Shown piece by piece: positions 7,296-14,558 of a stretch of DNA of 24,000 nucleotides. The position numbers were made by a program, and so were the translations under genes. Below the pieces are notes generated by a model. That model had not been told where the DNA came from. It ran no database searches and saw only the letters and a list, made by a program, of their open reading frames with translations. The DNA comes from Candidatus Nanoarchaeia archaeon (GTDB lineage: Archaea > Nanobdellota > Nanobdellia > Tiddalikarchaeales > Tiddalikarchaeaceae), in assembly GCA_028710615.1 (NCBI GenBank), contig JAQTTT010000009.1, positions 1 to 24,000 on the forward strand. The letters run 5' to 3'. Numbering within the stretch: the stretch's first letter is position 1; every line of letters starts with the position of its first letter.

Positions 7296-7391
7296 AACTT
7301 ATTCTTACCTCCGTTTAAATATTAAATAAAAGACTTATGGTTTAAAAAACTTGGCTATTTATTAAAAATTATAACAATTCGCTAAAACAAT

Positions 7392-7401
7392 GTTTTTAAA
7401 A
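7392..7401 (+). promoter_or_regulatory. TATA box (GTTTTTAAAA) for cysS
   Basis: Centred about 28 nt upstream of ATG 7425. Confidence 0.5.
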
Positions 7402-7424
7402 TGCGGGAAAAATTATAATTATTC

Positions 7425-8825
7425 ATGGCTTTAATGATTTATAACACTCTGAACGGAAAAAAAGAGGAATTTAAGCCGATTAACGGCAAAAAAGTGGGAT
7501 TTTACATATGCGGTCCAACAGTCAATAATCATATTCATATTGGGCATGCAAGAAGCTACATTTTCTGGGATTTAATATCAAGATACCTGTCTTTTCAGGG
7601 ATTTGAGCCAAGAGTTGTATCAAACATCACGGATATAGCGATTGATGATAAGATTCTAAAGGAATTAAAGAAATTAAATAAAAGTTTTTTTGAATTAACA
7701 ACGCATTACATGCTTTCATACTTTTTTGACAGAAAATCATTGGGATTAAAAGAGCCTGACATTAATTGCCTGGCAACCCAGCACATAAATGAGATGATAG
7801 AATTAGTGCAGAAATTGCTTGACAAAAAATATGCCTATAAAGCGGATGATGGAATATATTTTGACATATCAAAATTCAAGGATTATGGAAAGCTTGCAAA
7901 AATAAAGCCCAAAGAATTAAAAGAAGGCGCAAGCAACAGAGTGAAAGCTGAAGAGTATGACAAGGATTCAGCAGCTGATTTCGTGTTATGGAAAAATTAT
8001 AAAGAAGGAGAGCCGTACTGGCACAGCCCATTTGGAAAAGGAAGGCCTGGATGGCATATTGAATGCTCAGCAATGAGCATGAAATACTTGGGAGAAAGCT
8101 TTGACATCCATGCAGGAGGGGAAGACAACATTTTCCCGCACCATGAGAATGAGATAGCGCAAAGCGAAGCAGCAACAGGAAAAACTTTTTCAAAATATTG
8201 GATTCACATGAAGCACGTATTAATGAACGGGGAAAAAATGTCTAAAAGCAAAGGAAATTTCATAACAGTGAAGGATGCAGTTAAAAAATACGGCGCTTTA
8301 TTGCTGAGATTCTTTTTCTTGACAACGCATTACAGAAAAAACATAGACTTCACTGAAAAAGAGCTTGAAAACGCGAAAGCAAAGCTGAAAAAAATAATTT
8401 TAGCATTTAAATTGCTTGAATCCGCCAAAGGAAGCAATGATTCAAAAGAATTGATGAAAAAATTCGAAGACTTAAAAAAAAGTTTTGAGTCAGCAATGAA
8501 TGATGATTTCAACACTTCATTAGCAATCACTCAATGGATAGGATTCTGCAAGGAAATTCAAAGCATAAAGGGATTGTCAAGGGCTTCAGCAAAAAAAATA
8601 TTAATTTATTTTGGCAGAATAAAAGATGTTTTTTTCGGGGATATTGAATTATTTGATGAAAAAAAAGGGGATGAATCAAAAAAATTCATAGAAATAGCGA
8701 TTGACATAAGAAACAAAGCAAGAAGCTTAAAAAACTTTGAATTAAGCGATTACGCAAGAAAAAAGCTTGAAGAAGAAGGCATAAAAATCAATGATTCAAA
8801 AGATTCCGCTTCATGGGAATACTGA
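7425..8825 (+). CDS. cysS: Cysteine--tRNA ligase (class I aaRS)
   Basis: HIGH motif ([17 protein letters not shown]), KMSKS motif ([10 protein letters not shown]) and GWHIECSAM, all typical of CysRS. The 466-aa length is appropriate. Confidence 0.96.
   Translation: MALMIYNTLNGKKEEFKPINGKKVGFYICGPTVNNHIHIGHARSYIFWDLISRYLSFQGFEPRVVSNITDIAIDDKILKELKKLNKSFFELTTHYMLSYFFDRKSLGLKEPDINCLATQHINEMIELVQKLLDKKYAYKADDGIYFDISKFKDYGKLAKIKPKELKEGASNRVKAEEYDKDSAADFVLWKNYKEGEPYWHSPFGKGRPGWHIECSAMSMKYLGESFDIHAGGEDNIFPHHENEIAQSEAATGKTFSKYWIHMKHVLMNGEKMSKSKGNFITVKDAVKKYGALLLRFFFLTTHYRKNIDFTEKELENAKAKLKKIILAFKLLESAKGSNDSKELMKKFEDLKKSFESAMNDDFNTSLAITQWIGFCKEIQSIKGLSRASAKKILIYFGRIKDVFFGDIELFDEKKGDESKKFIEIAIDIRNKARSLKNFELSDYARKKLEEEGIKINDSKDSASWEY
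8795..8821. repeat. Direct repeat copy 1 (TTCAAAAGATTCCGCTTCATGGGAATA), the last codons of cysS
   Basis: The 27-nt sequence is perfectly identical to 9494..9520. Confidence 0.95.
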
Positions 8826-8830
8826 GTTAT

Positions 8831-9439
8831 TTACAGCCCTTTTGGAAACTTTTGCTGTCCATCTTCTGACCAAAAAACAAATTTTGATTCTTTTTTATCC
8901 TGCGGACAACTATCATAAAGCCATCGATAAGCAGTCCTAACTTTGTCATATTCCCATTCTTCATCACGGCCAGTAAGCATATTTATTCCTTTTGTAGTGC
9001 CAGACTCATTCTTAAATTTGGAATAACAAACATCAATTACTTCTCCATTATCACTGCGCTCTTTTAAAAAAACTTTTTCCACAATATCTCCAGTTTTTAA
9101 AGTAAAATTGTGCTCATCAAGCATTAAAAAATCAGGCGTATGAACTCCTCTGCCAATAACTCTTTTAACATCATCTTTGAAACATTGATAGTTTTCTTCA
9201 GTTTTTCCGCTTTCATCCCCCCTATAATGAAGGTTGTGGGATTCAGCTAATTCAAAAAAGGATAAAGTTTTTTCCAAACACCCGCAATTATTTTTCCCAG
9301 GAGAATCGCTTGCATTTTTTATCAAATAATTTTTAAGTTTTTCACAATGTCCCATCAGCATTTCATCTTTTAAAGACTGATTTGCTTGATATAGGGTAAT
9401 ATATTCTTTTAATAATTCATTCTTGTTTTTATCACTCAT
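8831..9439 (-). CDS. Hypothetical protein (202 aa) carried between the direct repeats
   Basis: Clean ORF. Its stop lies 5 nt from the cysS stop. The minus-strand TATA (GCTTTTAAAGAC) is centred about 27 nt upstream of the ATG. I recognise no family. Confidence 0.6.
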   Translation of the reverse strand: MSDKNKNELLKEYITLYQANQSLKDEMLMGHCEKLKNYLIKNASDSPGKNNCGCLEKTLSFFELAESHNLHYRGDESGKTEENYQCFKDDVKRVIGRGVHTPDFLMLDEHNFTLKTGDIVEKVFLKERSDNGEVIDVCYSKFKNESGTTKGINMLTGRDEEWEYDKVRTAYRWLYDSCPQDKKESKFVFWSEDGQQKFPKGL

Positions 9440-9461
9440 AAGTCGTAATTGAATAGTTTGT

Positions 9462-9470
9462 CTTTAAAAG
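9462..9470 (-). promoter_or_regulatory. TATA box for the 8831..9439 gene
   Basis: TTTTAAAG on the minus strand, centred about 27 nt upstream of ATG 9439. Confidence 0.45.
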
Positions 9471-9493
9471 CTTTTCTTTTTTTAAAGTTGTTT

Positions 9494-9520
9494 TTCAAAA
9501 GATTCCGCTTCATGGGAATA
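9494..9520. repeat. Direct repeat copy 2
   Basis: Identical to 8795..8821. Read in the cysS frame it gives KDSASWEYE-stop, a second potential cysS terminus. Confidence 0.95.
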
Positions 9521-9568
9521 TGAATAGGAAACAATATGTTTATAAAGAGATTTCTTTTTTTCCCAATC

Positions 9569-9958
9569 ATGGAAAGAACAGGCATAGTTGCGGGATTTTC
9601 AATATATTTTGAAGATTTGAAGAAAATGGTTCCTCAGCTTAAAACGTATAATTTTGTGAATAAAGCAGAAGTGCCGGGACAGATGAAGATTTATGTGATT
9701 GAAAAGGATGGAATAAAATATTACATGAAAGTTTTTCTTGAAGACTCGCTTCTTTCAAAAGCAATGATTGAAAATACTACAACAATGATTCCCACAGATT
9801 TTCCTGACATCGAATCTTACCATGAAAGCCTGATTTCAAAATTAAAAATGGAAAAACGAGAACCGGAAAAACGTTTTGCAGGAAACGGGGAAGAATCTTT
9901 CATTGATGATTTTAATGATTGGGATGTCCTTGAAAAATTGCTGGGATGGAAAAAATAA
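9569..9958 (+). CDS. Hypothetical protein (129 aa from M12; the track ORF starts at 9536)
   Basis: The TATA-like GTTTATAAAG (9539-9548) lies inside the long ORF version, about 26 nt upstream of ATG 9569. That favours the shorter start. A T-run follows the stop. Confidence 0.5.
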   Translation: MERTGIVAGFSIYFEDLKKMVPQLKTYNFVNKAEVPGQMKIYVIEKDGIKYYMKVFLEDSLLSKAMIENTTTMIPTDFPDIESYHESLISKLKMEKREPEKRFAGNGEESFIDDFNDWDVLEKLLGWKK

Positions 9959-10086
9959 TTTTTTATTTTTTTGAAATATTAATCTAAAAAAAAAGTTTTT
10001 AAATAAGCAGGATTAAATTATAGTATAACATTTTTATTAAAAAAAATAATGATGTTAAAAAAAACTCATGAGGAGGAAGTGTGGCC

Positions 10087-10158
10087 ATGGCAGCAAAAAA
10101 AGGAGCTAAGAAAAAAGCACCTGCAAAAAAGAAAGCACCTGCAAAAAAGAAAAAATAA
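10087..10158 (+). CDS. 23-aa highly basic micro-ORF (MAAKKGAKKKAPAKKKAPAKKKK)
   Basis: AGGAGG (10071-10076) lies 10 nt upstream of the ATG. The ORF contains a perfect 2x18-bp tandem repeat (10117..10152). It is too short for the ORF track. An alternative 13-aa ORF from ATG 10068 cannot be excluded. Confidence 0.3.
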   Translation: MAAKKGAKKKAPAKKKAPAKKKK

Positions 10159-10179
10159 AAAAGGGGTTTAAATAAAACT

Positions 10180-10317
10180 ATGAAAAAATATGAATTTAAA
10201 GCTGATGACGATGAAGACTTCGATGATGACGAAGCTGATGACGATGAAGACTTCGATGATGACGAAGCTGATGACGATGAAGACTTAAGCGACAATGACG
10301 CAGAATCAGATTATTAG
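10180..10317 (+). CDS. 45-aa highly acidic micro-protein (MKKYEFK + [ADDDEDFDDDE]x2.6 + LSDNDAESDY)
   Basis: The ATG ORF is encoded by perfect 33-bp tandem repeats. Its codon choice (gat/gac/gaa) is ordinary for this window. The antisense 98-aa ORF needs many TCG codons, which are rare elsewhere here. Confidence 0.4.
   Translation: MKKYEFKADDDEDFDDDEADDDEDFDDDEADDDEDLSDNDAESDY
10201..10286. repeat. Perfect 33-bp tandem repeat, 2.6 copies (GCTGATGACGATGAAGACTTCGATGATGACGAA)
   Basis: Copies at 10201-10233 and 10234-10266, plus a partial copy at 10267-10286, read directly from the sequence. Confidence 0.95.
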
Positions 10318-10414
10318 TTAACAGCTTAAATCCAAGAACATTTGATTATTTTTTTTATTATTTTTTTTATGAAAGTGCATCGCAAAGAGGGGAAACAAAA
10401 TTAAAAAAAAAGCA

Positions 10415-10597
10415 TTGAAAAAAACGAAGGCGTTGAAATGCGATATTTGCAAGAAAACGCACAAAGGGATGACGACTTGCCTTGAATGCGGTTCATTATT
10501 CTGCGCTAATTGCGGGGATGAGAAAATGGAAAGATGCGGAATATGCAGGCAATTCGAGCAGGACAAAGAAAACCAAGACAGCTCTTCAGATGATTGA
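10415..10597 (+). CDS. 60-aa four-CxxC zinc-finger mini-protein with an acidic tail (TTG start uncertain)
   Basis: C-x2-C-x9-C-x2-C-x4-C-x2-C-x7-C-x2-C, i.e. eight Cys and two predicted Zn sites. The tail is QDKENQDSSSDD. No in-frame ATG precedes the first CxxC. Confidence 0.45.
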   Translation: MKKTKALKCDICKKTHKGMTTCLECGSLFCANCGDEKMERCGICRQFEQDKENQDSSSDD

Positions 10598-10615
10598 TTA
10601 ATTCTTAATTGTTAA

Positions 10616-10626
10616 TTTTTTTAAAG
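10616..10626 (+). promoter_or_regulatory. TATA box (TTTTTTTAAAG) for the DUF362 gene
   Basis: Centred about 31 nt upstream of ATG 10652. Confidence 0.45.
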
Positions 10627-10651
10627 AAAGCAAAGCTAATATTCATTAATC

Positions 10652-11725
10652 ATGTTTTCAGTAAATGAATGCGAATCATATGATTTGCCTAAAGTCAGGA
10701 AAGCGCTTAAAAATTGCCTGAAGAATTTGGGGGGAATAGAAAAATTCATTAAAAAATCGGACACAGTGCTTATAAAGCCCAATTTATTAATGCCTGCGAA
10801 TCCGAATAAGTCAATAACCACTCATCCAGCAATAATAACTGGATTGTTGCGCGAGCTTAAAAAAACGGGTTGCAAAATAATAATCGCTGATTCTTCATCA
10901 GGGTGTTACTCAAAAGAATGCATGGATAAAGTTTATGCAGAATGCGGTTATTCGGGTTTTAAGGAGATTGACAGGGATTATTCTTCAAAAGAATACCACA
11001 ATGCAAAGGGATTTATTAAAAAATATGGCTTAATCTCGCAATTCTTCAAGGCAGACAAAATAATAAATGTGTGCAAAGCAAAAACCCATATGTTCACAAC
11101 CTTGACCTGCGCAACAAAGAATTTATTCGGATTGATTGCAGGAAAAGACAAGACTTATTTTCATTCAAGATTCAAGACTGTTGATGATTTTTCAAAAATG
11201 CTAATAGATTTGGCGTTAATCGCGAATCCATGCCTGAACATAGTTGACGGAGTATTGGGCATGGAGGGGGAAGGGCCGAGCAGGGGAAGGATAAAAAAGC
11301 TTGGAATCATTGCAGCAGGAACGAACTGCTTTGAAACAGATTACTTCATGTCAAAAATAATGGGCATTGATAGCAACAAAGTCCCCTATCTAAAAATTGC
11401 AAAAGAAAAAGGATTATTCAAAGAAAGCAAAAAGGATTGCGCAGAATTCAAAAAAGATTTTAAAATGCCGCACTCAGAATTAATATCAAAATTATTCAAG
11501 CTAATACCCTCGAATTTAAGAAGCCTATATAATGACTTTTTTATTAAAAAGCCGTTCATAAAAGACAATTGCATAGGGTGCGGGATGTGCGCAGAATCAT
11601 GCCCAGTAAAAGCAATAACAATAATTAAAGGCAAAGCAAAAATTAATTATTCCAAATGCGTCAGGTGCTACTGCTGCCACGAAATATGCAGATACGAGGC
11701 AGTGGGATTAAAAAAAGGATTCTGA
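10652..11725 (+). CDS. DUF362 domain protein with a C-terminal 2x[4Fe-4S] ferredoxin domain
   Basis: The N terminus (VNECESYDLPKVRKALKNCLKNLGG...DTVLIKPNLL) matches the typical DUF362 opening. The C terminus has CIGCGMCAESCP and CVRCYCCHEIC ferredoxin motifs. Confidence 0.75.
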   Translation: MFSVNECESYDLPKVRKALKNCLKNLGGIEKFIKKSDTVLIKPNLLMPANPNKSITTHPAIITGLLRELKKTGCKIIIADSSSGCYSKECMDKVYAECGYSGFKEIDRDYSSKEYHNAKGFIKKYGLISQFFKADKIINVCKAKTHMFTTLTCATKNLFGLIAGKDKTYFHSRFKTVDDFSKMLIDLALIANPCLNIVDGVLGMEGEGPSRGRIKKLGIIAAGTNCFETDYFMSKIMGIDSNKVPYLKIAKEKGLFKESKKDCAEFKKDFKMPHSELISKLFKLIPSNLRSLYNDFFIKKPFIKDNCIGCGMCAESCPVKAITIIKGKAKINYSKCVRCYCCHEICRYEAVGLKKGF

Positions 11726-11760
11726 AGTTTATTATAAACCAAAAACAAGCTTTTTAAAGC

Positions 11761-12177
11761 ATGAATTTTAAGATTACTATTATGAGTGATGATGAAATAA
11801 AGCCTGAAATTGAAGAGGATTTAAATGAGGAAGAAGAGGCTAAAATGGCTTTCGCGAACGCTGAAATAGTCAGGTTAATCAAGAATAATTTGCCTGAAGG
11901 CAGAATGATAAAGAAAAGAGTGAAAGTTGCAATGAACAAATTCTTGGAAGAAATTGCTACAGAAGTGTGCCAAAAATTAGCCAAAGAGCCCTACACATAC
12001 ATTGAGATTGACATGCTTGAAAGGGCAATGGAGCCATACAAGAACATTAAAAGCTTGGAAGTGGAAAAAAATAGAATCATAGCCAATCTAAACAAGATTA
12101 AGGCTGAATGCGATGTAATGATTGACGACATTAACAGGAAATTCTCAATGTTTGAGAGCGAAAAAGACGAATATTAA
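11761..12177 (+). CDS. Histone-fold-like protein with an acidic N-terminal tail and a C-terminal coiled-coil extension
   Basis: AEIVRLIKNNLPEGRMIKKRVKVAMNKFLEEIATEVCQKLAKEPYTYIEIDMLERAM aligns by eye with the archaeal histone pattern (A-P-I-x-R-I-I-K...R-V-S-x-x-A...L-E-E...A...A-x-H-A-G-R-K-T-I-x-x-x-D-I-x-L-A). The alternative start ATG 11782 also has a TATA at suitable distance. Confidence 0.45.
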   Translation: MNFKITIMSDDEIKPEIEEDLNEEEEAKMAFANAEIVRLIKNNLPEGRMIKKRVKVAMNKFLEEIATEVCQKLAKEPYTYIEIDMLERAMEPYKNIKSLEVEKNRIIANLNKIKAECDVMIDDINRKFSMFESEKDEY

Positions 12178-12197
12178 CCACGCACCAGTTAATAAAA

Positions 12198-12209
12198 TTT
12201 TTTTTAAAC
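12198..12209 (+). promoter_or_regulatory. TATA box (TTTTTTTTAAAC) for the ThyX-like gene
   Basis: Centred about 29 nt upstream of ATG 12233. Confidence 0.5.
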
Positions 12210-12232
12210 TATTGAACACTCCTTAATTATTC

Positions 12233-13384
12233 ATGGAGTGCTCAATCGTGCTTGTTCCAGGATTAATTCCTGAAAAAAATTTTAAAGATTTTAAAACTAA
12301 TGCCCTTGAATTGGGCTCAAAATTCGCCAATGTGTGCTATAGCGAGAAAAATTTTAAAGAAATAAATGGCGAAAGGGAGGAATTAACCCTTAATCGCATA
12401 AAAAGGACTTTAAGCGCAGGGCATCACAGCGTTTATGAGCACACTTATTTTGCCCTTGAAATTTCAGGGATTCCAAAATCTTTGGCAATGATTCTTAACA
12501 ATCAAAGCTCTTATGCCACGAGCGAGAAATCCGCAAGATACACAAAAATGAATGATGTTTCGCAAAAAGAAAAGCAATTATACAACAAATGGGCTGATGA
12601 ATTTAAAAGATTAATAAAATCAGAATACGGCAACAAAATCAATGATTCTGGAATTGAAAAGCTCAGCCAAGAAAATGCGAGGTATTTAACCAGTGTTCAC
12701 ACTCCCACAAAATTGATTCACACAATAAGCTTCAGGCATTTGAATTATTTAATAAGCATGCTTGAAGAATTCATGAATGAAGCAAACAATAATGAATACA
12801 ATAAAGCCCTTAAAAAATCAGTGAAAGAATTTGTTTCAATGGAGTGCATTAAATCCCTGAAAGCTGAGGGATTGAATTGCAAAAGCAAGGGAATGAAGCT
12901 GAATTGGCATTCATTGTTTGATTATGAAGAATATTTTGGAGCAACTTATTGCGCTAATTATTCATTGAGCTTTGCAGCGCTGGCTCAAGCGCAAAAGCAC
13001 AGGGGAATAAATTATCAAGTCAAAGATTTTGAAGAAATAACTGATTTTTTTGTTCCAAGAATTCTGCCCAAAGACTTAAGTAATGAGTGGCTGAGTGATT
13101 TAGAAAGCATTGCCGGCATTTGGCCTCAGGCAGGATTATTGAATGTTAGCGAAAGAGGAACGCTTGAACGCTTTGCAATGAAGGCAATTGAAAGGTTGTG
13201 CGGTTCAGCCCAATGGGAAATAATGAACAATGTCAAAGAAGTGAAAAATAAGTATTTGGCTAATTCTGCCAATGAAAAAATAAGGCAATATTTGGAAAGC
13301 AATGCAGTGAAAAAATGCGAAAAAAACCTATGCACTGCTCCCTGCAATTTCGGGCCAAAGCTTGCTCTTGAAAGAAGAATATAG
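12233..13384 (+). CDS. ThyX-family (flavin-dependent thymidylate synthase-like) protein, atypically long and motif-divergent
   Basis: GHHSVYEH...S-A-R-Y (aa 63-103), ENARYL...SFRHLNYLISML, then a second KHR (aa 255-257) and ..CGSAQWEI (aa 323-330). These resemble the ThyX blocks GHxxxxEH, RHR-x7-S-x-R-Y, ExARxxLP and AQxEI. The canonical RHR position in the first half reads NNQ. Confidence 0.55.
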   Translation: MECSIVLVPGLIPEKNFKDFKTNALELGSKFANVCYSEKNFKEINGEREELTLNRIKRTLSAGHHSVYEHTYFALEISGIPKSLAMILNNQSSYATSEKSARYTKMNDVSQKEKQLYNKWADEFKRLIKSEYGNKINDSGIEKLSQENARYLTSVHTPTKLIHTISFRHLNYLISMLEEFMNEANNNEYNKALKKSVKEFVSMECIKSLKAEGLNCKSKGMKLNWHSLFDYEEYFGATYCANYSLSFAALAQAQKHRGINYQVKDFEEITDFFVPRILPKDLSNEWLSDLESIAGIWPQAGLLNVSERGTLERFAMKAIERLCGSAQWEIMNNVKEVKNKYLANSANEKIRQYLESNAVKKCEKNLCTAPCNFGPKLALERRI

Positions 13385-13388
13385 ATAA

Positions 13389-14222
13389 TTATTTTTCTTT
13401 ATTCATTGAAAAAAATATTGCTGAACTTAAATGCATTCCAGCAAGGTTTGCAACAAACGAAAGCATTGAAGCAATAGCATAAGGCATTTGAGCTGAAGCA
13501 AACAATATAACCGCATTCGTTATTGGGGGAAGAAGGGATATTCCCACAGCAGCGCCAGTCAAAGCCTCGTATTTTCCGGTTATAAACGCGTTTGCTGAAA
13601 CAATTCCAACAACAACAGCTATCAAAAAAGAGTATATTAAATTTATGCTTGCAACGCTTTTTTCAAGCACTAATGAAGGGTTTGGAAAAAGGCTCATCAT
13701 CATTGATGCAATAATTATTAAAGCTATTCCAGCAATTTCAACCCGAAATCCGCGAATAATTAATTTTTTAATGGAATTTGCCAAGGCATAGGATGAAGCC
13801 ATTATTGGAGCCATTAAAGGGCATATAATCATTGCAGAAACCAATGCGATTATGCTATCCACTTGAAAGCCTATGCATGCAATTATCGCAGCGCAAACTG
13901 TGAATAAAACATAGTTTTTGTCAAAAACAGTGAAATTTTTCGCCCCTTTTAATATTAATTCCTCAACATCTTTTTTTTTGCTCTCTCCAGTAATATTCGG
14001 ATAAATTAAATTAGTTGAATCCATATTAATGAACCCGAAACCATTCATTAATTTCTTTAATTTTTCAATAATTTCAGAAGTTTTGTTTTCAGTTATTAAA
14101 AATTCATACTTCACATTATTTTTTCCCACAATTCTGAAAATTTTTTTAATATCCTCGTTTTTTAAAAAATCATCTATTTTTTTTGATTCAGATTTTTTTA
14201 TAATTACATTTATCTTATTCAT
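13389..14222 (-). CDS. DUF389-like integral membrane protein (TIGR00341-type)
   Basis: A soluble N-terminal domain of about 95 aa is followed by TM helices. These contain CPLMAPIMASSYAL and GAAVGISLLPPITNAVILF, resembling the DUF389 consensus (APLMxPI..., GVAIxxALxPPL). Confidence 0.6.
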   Translation of the reverse strand: MNKINVIIKKSESKKIDDFLKNEDIKKIFRIVGKNNVKYEFLITENKTSEIIEKLKKLMNGFGFINMDSTNLIYPNITGESKKKDVEELILKGAKNFTVFDKNYVLFTVCAAIIACIGFQVDSIIALVSAMIICPLMAPIMASSYALANSIKKLIIRGFRVEIAGIALIIIASMMMSLFPNPSLVLEKSVASINLIYSFLIAVVVGIVSANAFITGKYEALTGAAVGISLLPPITNAVILFASAQMPYAIASMLSFVANLAGMHLSSAIFFSMNKEK

Positions 14223-14243
14223 AAAAACATTAAATCTTTTGTG

Positions 14244-14255
14244 TTTTAAAAAATT
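14244..14255 (-). promoter_or_regulatory. TATA box for the DUF389-like gene
   Basis: AATTTTTTAAAAC on the minus strand, centred about 27 nt upstream of ATG 14222. Confidence 0.45.
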
Positions 14256-14435
14256 GCTTTTTCAAAGCAACTCAAACCCATTAAAAACAGTTTTTCGAAA
14301 CATTTTTAAAGCAATGAGATTTTTTTTAATGATTATGTTGAGCTCATCTTCTGCCATTATTTTAAGCGATAGATTTAAAAAATGATTATTCGTTATTTAT
14401 AATTTACAGTTAAAAAAAATGTTGGCTGAAAGAAC

Positions 14436-14509
14436 GGGCTCGTAGCTCAGCTTGGCAGAGCACTTGACTTTTAATCAAGGGGTCGTGGGTTCAAATCCCA
14501 TCGGGCTCA
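14436..14509 (+). tRNA. tRNA-Lys (anticodon UUU at 14470-14472)
   Basis: Hand-folded cloverleaf. Acceptor stem GGGCTCG/CGGGCTC has two G-U pairs. D stem is GCTC/GAGC, anticodon stem CTTGA/TCAAG, loop CTTTTAA. T stem is GTGGG/CCCAT with T loop TTCAAAT. Discriminator is A, and no CCA is encoded. Confidence 0.9.
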
Positions 14510-14558
14510 AAAGAATGAATGTTGGGCTGTTTTTTTTGCAGTAAAGGGGAGAAAAAAA

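Larger units (their letters stand above)
8795..9520. mobile_element. Candidate single-gene insertion at the cysS 3' end, bounded by 27-bp direct repeats (att-like)
   Basis: The repeats are spaced 699 bp apart. They enclose exactly one opposite-strand ORF with its own TATA box. No integrase, transposase or terminal inverted repeats were seen. Confidence 0.4.

Noticed and set aside
9999-10295. 98-aa minus-strand ORF (SSSSASSSSK repeats followed by an F-rich stretch)
   Set aside because: It is a low-complexity mirror image of the plus-strand tandem repeats. It depends heavily on TCG Ser codons, which are rare in confident genes of this window. No TATA element lies upstream. The plus-strand micro-ORFs have better start contexts.
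10318-10566. 82-aa minus-strand ORF opposite the zinc-finger ORF
   Set aside because: It lies antisense to a plus-strand frame with a regular 4xCxxC pattern. Its own sequence has no recognisable features and no promoter.
14254-14270. Perfect palindrome TTGCTTT-TTC-AAAGCAA in the 213-bp gap upstream of tRNA-Lys, and possible C/D-box sRNA motifs in that gap
   Set aside because: The palindrome is short and isolated. It might be an operator next to the DUF389 promoter, but there is no supporting evidence. No proper C box (RUGAUGA) paired with a D box (CUGA) was found.
14029-14385. 118-aa plus-strand ORF
   Set aside because: It overlaps the 5' end of the DUF389-like gene on the other strand and runs through its promoter region. 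The sequence is low-complexity and F/I/S-rich.
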